Assembly: GCA_000165345.1 (NCBI GenBank)
Contig: CM000434.1
Coordinates: 640,001 to 704,000 of the forward strand
Length of the DNA stretch: 64,000 bases
Direction of reading: 5' to 3'
Below the pieces are notes generated by a model. The model searched no databases. It had not been told where the DNA came from and saw only the letters and a program-made list of their open reading frames with translations. The position numbers were made by a program, and so were the translations under genes. Numbering within the stretch: the first letter of the stretch is position 1; every line of letters begins with the position of its first letter. Below are positions 21,521-31,819 of the stretch, piece after piece.

Positions 21521-23635
21521 GTGGGTACATGCAAAAAAAACATGGAAATTAAGAAAATAACACAAATGCAGCAGGATGAGATTTTTCAAGAGAATTTGGA
21601 ACTATTTTTAAGGAACTGTGAGTTGAATAGAGAGGTGGGATGGAGGGAGGTTGAAAACACGGATTTACTAGTCCGTTTGAATGATTATAAAGAGAATCAG
21701 AAGAGTTTGGAGCTTTTTATAAAGAAGCTAAAAGAAGATGAGATTGACTCATGCTTAGGAGAAATTTCGGCAAAAAGTCAGCTTAAAGAGTCTCAGAAGA
21801 TAGTGAGAAGCTTGGAAAAATACAACGAATATTTAAAGGCTATGCTACGTAAGTATATGAATGCTGGTTGCCACATAAATAAAATTTTGAATGGGGAAAA
21901 GATAACTTCGGAAGGATCATTAGAAAATGAATCTGAGGACGAATTCAGAGAGAATTTGAAGAAATGTCTGAACATACTGGAACTGCTTTCGATGGATATT
22001 GAGGAGCAAGTCAAGTATAAGGACAAGTACAAAGCATTGAAGACAGAAAACAAAGATTTAAAAGGTAGAATTGAGAAGTTGACTAGGGTTAAGCCAAGCA
22101 AAAAGGTGAGAATGGAGGTTTCTCTGACAATAATTGAACCATTTGAGTTTGATAAAGAATTAATCAAAGATACCCAAATAGTTGAGGATGTTTTTGAGCA
22201 GATAAAAAACGACCCTGTGGATAAAAGTCTGGAGGAAGAAGATATTGATAACAAAGAAATTGATATTAGTTATGAAGTTGAATGTTTGAATTACCTAATA
22301 AAACAACATAAGAAGGAAAATTTCGAGCTTAAGCAAAAAATTTTCGAGTATGAATTCAAAGATAACAAACTTGACGTGGAAGCACTAATAGAGTCAAAAC
22401 TTATGGATAAGCAAAGGGAACTAGATGAGTTGGAAGAAGAGTACTCAAATTGGGTAATTAGACTTCAGGGAGAGAATTCTGAGCTAAGAAAAGTAATTGA
22501 AATCCAAGAAAAGAAACAATCAGAATTTATTGATAACTTTACCAAAAAAAGCCAAGAGAAAGCAAAAGAAATGCAAAATATGCAGTTAAAGTTGGTAGAG
22601 AATTACGAGGAGAGGCTTAGAGAAAAGAATGAAGAGTTGAGGAAGCTAAGAGGAGAAAATATACAAGGAGAAAAGGATAGTATAGAAATAGAGTCTCTAA
22701 ACAAAATAATTAAGAGTCTCGAGGAAAAATTAGTTTCTATTTCCAGTGAGAGGCATCGTTTATCATTAGAACTTGAAAAAACAGCTAAAGATCTCAAAGA
22801 TACCGATAAGAGACTAGTTTTGAGTGAAGAAGAAATAAAGAAAAGAGAAAAAGAATTTGATTCTCTAAAAGCTGAGCAGGAAAAAATCCTTGAAGAATAT
22901 TACCATGAAAAGAAGTTGCACCAGAAGTTCGAACAAGATGCTCACTCACTAAAAAAGGAGCTCGATAATGTACTCAGTGATATGTACAAGAATCAAAAGA
23001 AAACTAGATCTGGAATTGTTGGCGATTCCATTGATAGCGACAAAATTTCTTCGATTGAAGCTGTTATTAAGCATTGCAAAGAACTTGAAGGTAAAGTTGA
23101 AGAATTAGGTTGCGAATTAGATCAACTTAAAAGTGGGAAATCTGTCACTTATACAAATTCAAGTCATAATAATGCAGAAATTGAAACTCTATTTGATCAG
23201 GTACAAAGCCTCAGGAAAGAACGTGAACAACTTAAAAAAGACATTAGGCAGAGAGATTGGGCCAAAGTCGAAGTTGAAATTCTTCATAAGCGTATTACCG
23301 AGGAAATTGATCAACTCAAGAGGGATAACACTCGACTAATGCTTGAAAATCTCAGATTAAGAGATTCTGGCGGAATCCAGATTTCTCAAAGGCAGAATTT
23401 CTTGAATTCAAACAATGAAAATATTCAAGCCAATAGTACGAGATCATCCATTTCGGGTGACAAGCAGGAATTACTAAATAAAGGCACTGAGACGAACCCT
23501 TCAAATCTTGAAGAAACTAATCATAATAATTCAAACGTTTCTGTTTCTAGAAACAGTATTCAATCTATACTTAATCTAAAGGCTCCTAGAAGGCCTAGTT
23601 TACTAGTTCAACAAAGGAACTACTCCGAAAAATAG
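21521..23635 (+). CDS. coiled-coil protein
   Basis: 704 aa of heptad-rich E/K/L sequence. The promoter carries ATACCGGTG, TTTCCCGCC and GCATGTAAAA motifs within 90 bp of the ATG. Confidence 0.5.
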   Translation: MGTCKKNMEIKKITQMQQDEIFQENLELFLRNCELNREVGWREVENTDLLVRLNDYKENQKSLELFIKKLKEDEIDSCLGEISAKSQLKESQKIVRSLEKYNEYLKAMLRKYMNAGCHINKILNGEKITSEGSLENESEDEFRENLKKCLNILELLSMDIEEQVKYKDKYKALKTENKDLKGRIEKLTRVKPSKKVRMEVSLTIIEPFEFDKELIKDTQIVEDVFEQIKNDPVDKSLEEEDIDNKEIDISYEVECLNYLIKQHKKENFELKQKIFEYEFKDNKLDVEALIESKLMDKQRELDELEEEYSNWVIRLQGENSELRKVIEIQEKKQSEFIDNFTKKSQEKAKEMQNMQLKLVENYEERLREKNEELRKLRGENIQGEKDSIEIESLNKIIKSLEEKLVSISSERHRLSLELEKTAKDLKDTDKRLVLSEEEIKKREKEFDSLKAEQEKILEEYYHEKKLHQKFEQDAHSLKKELDNVLSDMYKNQKKTRSGIVGDSIDSDKISSIEAVIKHCKELEGKVEELGCELDQLKSGKSVTYTNSSHNNAEIETLFDQVQSLRKEREQLKKDIRQRDWAKVEVEILHKRITEEIDQLKRDNTRLMLENLRLRDSGGIQISQRQNFLNSNNENIQANSTRSSISGDKQELLNKGTETNPSNLEETNHNNSNVSVSRNSIQSILNLKAPRRPSLLVQQRNYSEK

Positions 23636-24060
23636 TCAATAATGTACTGTCAAATATAGTTCATCCTCCAAAAATAAGTAATTTCAGACAAATTATGTTA
23701 AATCCCTAAATCTACATTTATCTAAGAAATATAATTAGTGAATATTAATTTATTAATTTATAATCTTTATGGTTTAGAGAATCTTGCAAATATTTCGCGC
23801 CATTTCCTTTTAATGTTTAAAAAATAAATATTTTGAAATTATTTAACTCAATTGTTCATTAAAAATCAAACTCTTACAAGAATTAAGGTAAGAAGAGCTA
23901 AACAATTATAAATATCTGTTTTAATTACTAGAAACTTTAATTGATATTTGAAAGCTCCATATCCAAAAAAGAAAAGTTGAATGCAAGATCTAAAAAAAAG
24001 CCAAAGCAAGTAAATTAGTGTTATAAACTATTCTAGGTGCTTTCTTAAAGATAGCTCTTA

Positions 24061-24813
24061 ATGGAGATAATCAGAAATATAATTAACATATATCTTAAAA
24101 AGTTCTTGCAGCTTGAGGATCTTAAGTGGGACATCAACCAAGGACTACAAGTTGACCATGTTAGGGCAAACTCACAGAGTATCAATAAACAATTCGAAGA
24201 AAAAGGTATTCCCATTCAAATATATAATGGAACTTTAGATTCAATAAAGATTACTTACTCTCCTACAAACGGAACATTTCAAATACATATAAAAGAAATT
24301 AATGCTCAAATCAAGCCTAGGGTACTTTCTACTGTCGGAAAAAAGATCCAGCAAGGAATTGTTAACATTATTCTGGATGAGGACCCCATTGAATTTATTG
24401 ATTCCTACTCATACATCAGAGATCTACCCATATCATACCTAGAACAAGCAAGTAAAAAATCAGAATCATCTATTGCTGATCCCGACCTTATTCCAGACCC
24501 TCCCAGGTTTCCCACTGCTGCCTTGAAAATCAAACAACATACAGATTACCCGCCCAAATATTACCCGCCACTTCATTTTAGTATTTATAAGCCAAAAGTT
24601 ACAAAGATGCCTGCAACATCAACACCACTCATATTTCAAAATCGTTGCCAGGAGCATCATCTACCATCTAGTCCACTGGTGTATGGGCCAAGGAATCAAA
24701 GTGTTCCTATTTTACAGGATTTCCACAGCCAGTTTCAGCCCAGTTATATAACAAATAATAACTGCGAAAATGGACATGTTAGAGCACTTAGGGAAAGCGG
24801 TTTTTGCATATAG
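24061..24813 (+). CDS. hypothetical protein, with an N-terminus weakly resembling a Chorein-N (VPS13/ATG2-type) lipid-transfer domain
   Basis: 250 aa. N-terminus IINIYLKKFLQLEDLKWDINQGLQVDHV...INKQFEEKGIPIQIYNGTLDSIKI follows the chorein-N pattern. The C-terminus is Pro-rich. Confidence 0.35.
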   Translation: MEIIRNIINIYLKKFLQLEDLKWDINQGLQVDHVRANSQSINKQFEEKGIPIQIYNGTLDSIKITYSPTNGTFQIHIKEINAQIKPRVLSTVGKKIQQGIVNIILDEDPIEFIDSYSYIRDLPISYLEQASKKSESSIADPDLIPDPPRFPTAALKIKQHTDYPPKYYPPLHFSIYKPKVTKMPATSTPLIFQNRCQEHHLPSSPLVYGPRNQSVPILQDFHSQFQPSYITNNNCENGHVRALRESGFCI

Positions 24814-24858
24814 ATTAGAGGAAATAGCTTAGCTATCGTTACTACTATCAATGTCATT

Positions 24859-25899
24859 TTACTTTCTATTGCTTCTCGAATTCCTCAACTTGTTTTTTGA
24901 GGCAGTTCTATTTTTGTTTGCACTAATGAAAGTTTTGTTTAAAAGTGTTGAAAGCTCCTTATCTTGTTGATTTATTTGGTCTATTATAAATCCTGTGTTT
25001 GTAATAACATCTTCAGTATTCTCTGATACATCGTATTCCCCTGAGTAATATTCTTCATCTGACAATGAATCTTCTCCCATGTTTAGAGAGTTATCAACTA
25101 TCCCAATACCAGAGAACGAGTCTAACTCATTCTTGTACATTCTATTACAAAGTTTCGGGTACTCTAAAGGTTTATAAAGTTCCTCAATCTGATTTAACCA
25201 ATCTTTTGCTCTTTCTGATTTTAGATTTAAATCCTTAGAGCTTTCGTTACCTGAAATGGCTTTCCCCAGAGTCCTACCATCACTTGGGATCTTGATCCTC
25301 TCAGCTGTCCTGTTAATACCAAAAAATGAATTCTTTCTTGAAGGTAAGCCTCTATTAAAAGAATGCCTTCCATTTCTTGCATCAAAACTCATGGAAAGCC
25401 TACTTTCTTTCAAGTCAAATTCATTCAAACCTCTCAAATTTAACCTGTTCTTTTTTTCGAATCTACTATTTTCATTATTAAAGTAGCAATCATTCTGAAA
25501 TAATTCGTTTATCTCAATCTCAACCTGTCTTGAAACTGCCAAATCTACTTGTCTACACTTACTTTTTAAACTATCTCCTTTTAACCTGTCAATTTCGCTC
25601 CTCATCAGCTCATTATGTTCTAATGTATTACTGTATAGCTGGTATGTTTCTAGAAGCTTTTTTCTTAAATTATTTACTTCATATCTTAACTGTCTTCTTA
25701 GCTTTAACTCAGTCTTATGTTCTAATTCTACTTGTCTCAATTTTCTCTCGAGGAATCCAACAGTTTGTGCTTCCCTCTCCTTAGTCTCTAAATGTCTCTT
25801 TTCCAAATCATTCAACTTCACCTCTAACCGACTTTTGAGAATAAAGTCCTTCTCATTGATTAGTCCAGAATTATCCTCCATTAATAAGCTTTTGATCAA
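24859..25899 (-). CDS. coiled-coil protein
   Basis: 346 aa, heptad-rich in the N-terminal half. Confidence 0.45.
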   Translation of the reverse strand: MIKSLLMEDNSGLINEKDFILKSRLEVKLNDLEKRHLETKEREAQTVGFLERKLRQVELEHKTELKLRRQLRYEVNNLRKKLLETYQLYSNTLEHNELMRSEIDRLKGDSLKSKCRQVDLAVSRQVEIEINELFQNDCYFNNENSRFEKKNRLNLRGLNEFDLKESRLSMSFDARNGRHSFNRGLPSRKNSFFGINRTAERIKIPSDGRTLGKAISGNESSKDLNLKSERAKDWLNQIEELYKPLEYPKLCNRMYKNELDSFSGIGIVDNSLNMGEDSLSDEEYYSGEYDVSENTEDVITNTGFIIDQINQQDKELSTLLNKTFISANKNRTASKNKLRNSRSNRK

Positions 25900-26094
25900 T
25901 TCAAACTACCCTACATTAACTTAAACATTAAGTAATATTAAATACTAAGTTTAAACCCAAATAATTGCTCTCACTTTATTCCTCGATTTGTAAACAATTT
26001 TAAATCTTTTTTTTAAATTTTTTTAATTTTTAATATTTTCTTTTTCCTCAATTAGATTAAATCTTTGTAATATAATAAATATGCTTACTTGCGT

Positions 26095-26106
26095 GGCGCC
26101 AAAAGA
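26095..26106. promoter_or_regulatory. E2F-like TGGCGCCAAAAG in the divergent promoter
   Basis: Between the 25899 (minus strand) and 26244 (plus strand) gene starts. Confidence 0.45.
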
Positions 26107-26243
26107 TTCCCATTTGCATGCTTTTTAAAAAAAGCCCTCAAATATTCAAGAAAAAAGAAAATCTGAAAGATTCGTCTGACACAGATAAATATGTTTTTAA
26201 ATAAAATCTGAAACTTCAGATGGTAATTAAATCTTTTGTTTAA

Positions 26244-27464
26244 ATGAGTCACATTAGGCCAGTAATTAAATTAAAAGGAATAGAACCAATATGGAAGAAT
26301 TCAACAGATATTCTCTCATTTGAAGAAACTTCTATCATACAAAAGTCTCTCAAGCATATGTCTAATGAAATTAAAGAGCTAAAAGAATGTAAACAAAGTT
26401 TATCTTATTTAGAAGTTGTTGATATTTATAAAAGATTTGGTGATCTTATAAACTGTTTTGTTACTCATTTTGACTTTAATAGAGTAAAGATATTTTCTCA
26501 AAGGAGAAGCATTGCAAAGTACTCCTACCATATATTGATATGTATTATCAATATTATTGAAGATAAGTCATTTCAGCTTGATAAAGAAAGTTTAGTAAAA
26601 AGTTGTCAGATATGTTTGAATTATTACTTTCCATCAAAGGCAATCAAACAAATGGAATCCAACTCAAATAAATCAGAATTCGATCTAAATAGCAGTTCTC
26701 AGAGGTTTGATTTAAATAGAAGTCAGGATTTATGTAGTACTCCTCCTAGAAGTTCCGTATCTATGGATATTTCAAACTGTCTTCCCAACCCAAGTCCATT
26801 TAATTTATCTTTAATATCACCAGGATCTTCAAGTATTTCAATTTACCAACAACCTATTACAAGATATAACTCTTCAGAAAATTGTCTCTCTGAATATACA
26901 AATTTACATATCCAACATAATCAAGAAGAACCTTTTAGCTGTGAATCAGAGTTTTTCCCAAATGAATTTCAGTTGCCAATGCCAATTGAGGAAGCAAAAA
27001 GAAGACTCAGAGAAAAGCTATTGAGGAAGGAAATATCTGATATGAAGAAACAAAAAAATAAGGAGCTTGACTACCAATCCGACTATAGCAATTTAAGCTC
27101 TCCTTTAAAAAGTAAATCTCTCTTACATTCTTGGGGAAGCGAGCAAAGCGATAAGTCTGAATTACATATTGAAGATCTTGCTGGTGCATCAAGTGAAAAT
27201 CCATACAAAAGCAATAAAGTTGTCAATATCAAACATAATCTACAAACCCAATCAGACTTTTGGGAATCTACAAAAGTTGCTGCTCAATTAGCTGAAACAT
27301 TACCCGAACCTCACAGGACTCGTAGAATCAGAAAAGAAATCTATCAACAAAGTATAGAAAGATCTGTTGAACTTTTAAAGAGCTTAGGGATTTGTAGGAA
27401 CTTCAGACCATCAGTCCTTACAAAGACGATGATACATACTGTAGAATGTATAATAGATTACTGA
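26244..27464 (+). CDS. hypothetical Ser/Asn-rich protein
   Basis: 406-aa ORF. An E2F-like GTGGCGCCAAAAG lies 140 bp upstream. Confidence 0.45.
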   Translation: MSHIRPVIKLKGIEPIWKNSTDILSFEETSIIQKSLKHMSNEIKELKECKQSLSYLEVVDIYKRFGDLINCFVTHFDFNRVKIFSQRRSIAKYSYHILICIINIIEDKSFQLDKESLVKSCQICLNYYFPSKAIKQMESNSNKSEFDLNSSSQRFDLNRSQDLCSTPPRSSVSMDISNCLPNPSPFNLSLISPGSSSISIYQQPITRYNSSENCLSEYTNLHIQHNQEEPFSCESEFFPNEFQLPMPIEEAKRRLREKLLRKEISDMKKQKNKELDYQSDYSNLSSPLKSKSLLHSWGSEQSDKSELHIEDLAGASSENPYKSNKVVNIKHNLQTQSDFWESTKVAAQLAETLPEPHRTRRIRKEIYQQSIERSVELLKSLGICRNFRPSVLTKTMIHTVECIIDY

Positions 27465-27511
27465 TATTTAGAATGACGGATTCTATTTTCTATATACTAA
27501 TATCTAAATTC

Positions 27512-28835
27512 TTAATATAATGCTAAATACTTACTTTCTATATTTTGTTTTAAAATAATATCGGGAGGAAGTCTTTTAATTACTTTTAATATATAGTTTG
27601 TGATTCCCAGATAAGTAAACCAATGTTTGAATTTCTTAATCTGTTCAAATTTGAATTTTAATTCATCTTCACTGAGTGAGTTTAAAATATCGAATAAATC
27701 TTCAATCTGAGAGATATGGATAACTATTCCAAGTCTCTCCATTAAATTCCCATATGGAATCCAATTTACATCGTCCCAAATATATATTGGAATAGTTCCT
27801 AATTGAACTGATTCATATAGTCGAAAAGAAGTTCTTCCGAACCCTCTAGGACATAAATGAAAAGTTGAACGTTGAATTACTTGTTTGAACTGATCTCCTT
27901 GATAGTGAATAAATTGGTTTGTTACATTTTCTAAAACCTTAAAGGGGGTAATTTTATCCAACATTTCATCAGTCACATTATAATATGAAAAAGTCTCAAA
28001 TAATTTTTTCCTAACAGGGAAGTGTTTTTTAACAATAGTTGAAGATACCCAAATATCCTTTTTTGCTTTAAGTCCTTCATATTGAAGTTCGCCTTTAATT
28101 AATGGTATAGGAACTTGTTTAAATCCAGTGGTTGCTCCTCCAGCATTGAATACTATTAGATTTGACATGGACATAAATTTCAATTTAGACTTTTTAAATC
28201 CTTCTGCATCCTATATTGAGTTAGAGTTATAAAAATGATTGAATATTTGGAATAATACCAAATATTTTAAAGCTTACCTGTAGTACAGTAAAATACATTG
28301 TTTCATTTTTAAGTGAATTTAATACATCCTGAGCTTCTTTTTTCCATTCTTTCTTTAAATCAAGCTCAACCTTATTTCTATGAATTGAAGTCCAAAATAT
28401 TGGGATGTAAACTGGAGGAATAGGTTCAGATTCATTACATACTTTGATTTGTTTTGTTGAATACTGTGTAATCCAATTGCAAAAGACTCCATCTTCTATC
28501 CATGGTCCCATATATCCTGAATAGTTTGTATTTAGTCTAGGCCTTAAATTTTTGGTTAGGTTGAAAATTCGGATTTGTTCATCACTTAAACATATTTCTG
28601 TGGTATTATCTCTATTTTGTTTTGTTATATTTTGCAAGTTTATTTGATCCAAATTTCCATCAAAATTCAAATTGCAGTCCAAATAGTCAAACTGAGGATA
28701 GTTTTCCAGGAAGAAACTCCTTGGATTATTATTGCTAGGAAATTCTTGGATGTACAGGTAAATTATTATTCCACCGGTAATTATTAGCATGCATGCAAAT
28801 TCTAATAAAATTAGAAAATTGCATGACAATTTCAT
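27512..28835 (-). CDS. exostosin-like (GT47-type) type II membrane glycosyltransferase, 2 exons
   Basis: Exon 1 is 28835..28278 and begins with a signal-anchor (MKLSCNFLILLEFACMLIITGGIIIYLY). A 67-nt intron spans 28277..28211 (CAG|GTAAGC...ATATAG). Exon 2 is 28210..27512. The C-terminal FHLCPRGFGRTSFRLYESVQLGTIPIYIWDD matches the exostosin family signature. Confidence 0.6.
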
Positions 28836-29350
28836 TTTCTAATATTTTTTGGAAGAAAAAAATGATTTTTTTTTTAAGAAAAAAAAAAATTTAAATCTTT
28901 TTAGGAAAAATAATATCTCTTGCCACTGTCACTTTTATAACCTTTTCAGTATAATTTTATTCCTTTCTGAATCAATATTTAACTCAAACACTCTTTTCTT
29001 GAAGTTTAGAAATATCATCTACACTTTGTTCAATTACTCTTATTTTTCAAAAATATTATTTCTATATTCTAGAAATACTTCCAGTTCAATGCTTTAAAAT
29101 ATTTTGTTTCTTTTGAAATATTTTTTTTTAATTAAATTAATTTTTGTATTACGTGTCATATTATGATACCTTTTAGTAACGCGTACATGTAATCTTTAAA
29201 TATTATTTTTTCGAATTAATGTGGACGCCCCCAATTAATAAGGAAAAAAAAAATAAAATAAAAAAAATTTTAAAAAAATTTTAAATAAATAAAATTTAAT
29301 ATTTTAAAAATTCTACAAATTAATAGTGTTTGTGAAAGAATACTATTGAA

Positions 29351-30110
29351 ATGCAAAGCCAAGAAATGAGACCTTTGGAAACTTCATCAGAAAGATCTGG
29401 CGAGGTTGTGGGTAAGTTAAATTCCGTGCATACGTATGTGGGGTTAAAATAATTTACAAAAATCTCAGAAAATTCAACTAAAGCAATGGAAGTAAAATTA
29501 GAGGAGAACTCTGAGCCAATGACTCCGAACTATGTTGTTTTCTTAAGAGAACTATTTGTGGGAATGATTGGGGTGCATGCACTATATATTTTTGTAAATT
29601 TCATATTCAGGAACTACCCTGGTTCATTATTATCTCTATTACTGTAAGTTTAATAATATTAAGACATTTAATAATAAAATATTTATACTTTTTTTTAGTA
29701 CAATTTCTGCAATTTATACCCATTTTGACAGAAGAGTTGCGACTTATTCATTAAATACAGGTATAGAACTTCTATTGGGAATTACAATAGGATTGTCAGG
29801 TAAGTTATTTGGTTATTTTTAGTTAAAAATAGATTATTTATATTAATTTATCTTAACTTATAGTTTACTCTCCAGTCCAAGGTTTCGAAAAGTATTTTAA
29901 CGATTCAAACTTAAAGGTGAGTTAGGAAAAAGGATTTGAGTTTTTTTTTTAAAGAATTTCTAATTAAACTATTAATTTTAATCTATTTTACAGAGAGTAA
30001 CTCTTCCTCAACTTGTTTATTGTGCTTTATTTGCATTAATTTCCATTATTTTGGCACGTTTTGAGTACAAATTCAACCAGAAGAGAATAATTAATTCAAA
30101 AAGAACATGA
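29351..30110 (+). CDS. small multi-pass membrane protein (about 168 aa), 5 exons
   Basis: The exons are 29351..29411, 29469..29643, 29699..29799, 29864..29916 and 29994..30110. All four introns are GTAAGT or GTGAGT ... YAG and 55 to 77 nt long. The reading frame is continuous across all junctions. The product has hydrophobic helices (FVGMIGVHALYIFVNFIF, LLGITIGLSVY, LVYCALFALISIILA). It is not in the ORF track. Confidence 0.55.
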
Positions 30111-30220
30111 AATTATTTAAAACATCTTTTTTAATTTGTTTATTTAATTTTAATAAAAAAAATGGAAGAAGTCAATTGAATAAGTATTTAGTACGTGGAA
30201 GCTTGTTTATGTTACATGAC

Positions 30221-30253
30221 TTGCATGTAAAATTGCATGTAAACACCGGTATA
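30221..30253. promoter_or_regulatory. TTGCATGTAAAATTGCATGTAAACACCGGTATA promoter cluster
   Basis: 140 bp upstream of ATG 30394: two GCATGTAAA copies followed by ACCGGTAT. Confidence 0.45.
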
Positions 30254-30393
30254 TGAGTTTATTTACTAAATATTGACTAGTTATTAAGGATGATTAATTA
30301 ATTCTATAATTTCTTGAATAAAACATATATATATAATTTTTTTTTTGGAATAAAATTAGTTATTAGATTAGAATTGAATCTAAGTATTCGAGT

Positions 30394-31659
30394 ATGAACC
30401 TACATAATGATTTAACAAGTGGTAAAGCAGTAAAGTTCCAATTACTTGCCTTTGGATTGTCAATATTAATATTCATGGGAGGAACTTTTTATATGTTAAT
30501 AAATTCAAGCAGAAACCTTGAGAATGGAAAACAGAGAATTTTTCTCGAGTTAGAAGAGAAAGATATAACAAATCAAAAAAGCTTGGACGAATTAGATAAG
30601 CTAAATGACTCGATGCTCAGAATTTCACTTAAGTTGTCAGAAAGCAAAGATATGTTTGATACCATTGGTGCTTCAATTAATAAAATTGCCAAATATGTGG
30701 AAGCAAATGAAAAGAATATGACAGCAAAAGAATTTATTATTAAAGAAGAGTCAAAGAATGGCTTTGTTTTGGATTCAGTGTTGTTTCCATGTAAATATAG
30801 TTTTGATGGCCCGATATATATATTACTTACTACTACCCCAAAAAGAATTGATAACTTGGGTAAGTATTTGGACTTATTACATAAACAGACTTATGGGATT
30901 AAGGAAGTGATTTTATCCATTCCATACATTTTTGAAAGGACAGGAGAAGAGTATCCACCAATTCCAGGTTATTTGCAAGATAAAAATAGATTTCCTTTAC
31001 TGAGAATTTTAAGGGGAAAAGACTACGGTCCAGCAACAAAATTTCTATTACCAATAGAGATTGGGAATATTCCAGAAGATTCAGGACTGGTAATATTGGA
31101 TGATGATACAAGATATTCAAGACATCTAGTTTGCGATTATATTTATATACACGAAAAATTTCCAGAAGCAGCTTTAGGTAGAAGAGGACAGGCTTTTCAC
31201 GATAAATGCGATCCAACATATAGAACAGATAGAACTCACAGAGTAAGTCACGATCAAAAGAGTGCAAATTTTGTTATTAGAAGCGTAGATCTCCTGAGTG
31301 GAGTTGGAACATATTTTATTCAAAAAAAGTTCATTAGTAAGGATATTTTAACTCTAAAGAATAATTGTCCTACAGAAACTATCAATCATATGTTCTTTAC
31401 TGATGATATTTTGATTTCAGGTTATCTTGCATACAAGAACATTTCAAGGATTGCATTTTCAGATGAGCTTTCAATAGAAGATTTGAATCGACCATATTTG
31501 TTAGGATCTGGTCCTGGAGCTCTTTGGGATATTAATAAGGAAACCTTTCATAATGACAATAGTACAGCAGCATTTGGTTTATATTGGGGATGTAGGAACA
31601 AAGATACAATAGTAAGCAAGCATGGAGAGATACTTTGTAGGTGGAGAAACGAAGTTTGA
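30394..31659 (+). CDS. type II membrane protein, putative GT-A fold glycosyltransferase (DxD)
   Basis: 421 aa. An N-terminal TM anchor (FGLSILIFMGGTFYMLI) and a GLVILDDDTRY DxD-type motif are present. Confidence 0.5.
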   Translation: MNLHNDLTSGKAVKFQLLAFGLSILIFMGGTFYMLINSSRNLENGKQRIFLELEEKDITNQKSLDELDKLNDSMLRISLKLSESKDMFDTIGASINKIAKYVEANEKNMTAKEFIIKEESKNGFVLDSVLFPCKYSFDGPIYILLTTTPKRIDNLGKYLDLLHKQTYGIKEVILSIPYIFERTGEEYPPIPGYLQDKNRFPLLRILRGKDYGPATKFLLPIEIGNIPEDSGLVILDDDTRYSRHLVCDYIYIHEKFPEAALGRRGQAFHDKCDPTYRTDRTHRVSHDQKSANFVIRSVDLLSGVGTYFIQKKFISKDILTLKNNCPTETINHMFFTDDILISGYLAYKNISRIAFSDELSIEDLNRPYLLGSGPGALWDINKETFHNDNSTAAFGLYWGCRNKDTIVSKHGEILCRWRNEV

Positions 31660-31819
31660 TGTATTCCAGATCAAATAAACATCAATTTAAGTCTGAAGAA
31701 TCGTAATGCCTTTATTTTTTTTTTTTTAATAGCTTTAAGGGAATACTTTTAAATTAAAAAGTAATTTCTTGATTCATTAAAGAACTGATAATTGTGTTAA
31801 TGATAAAAAAAATGGAAGG

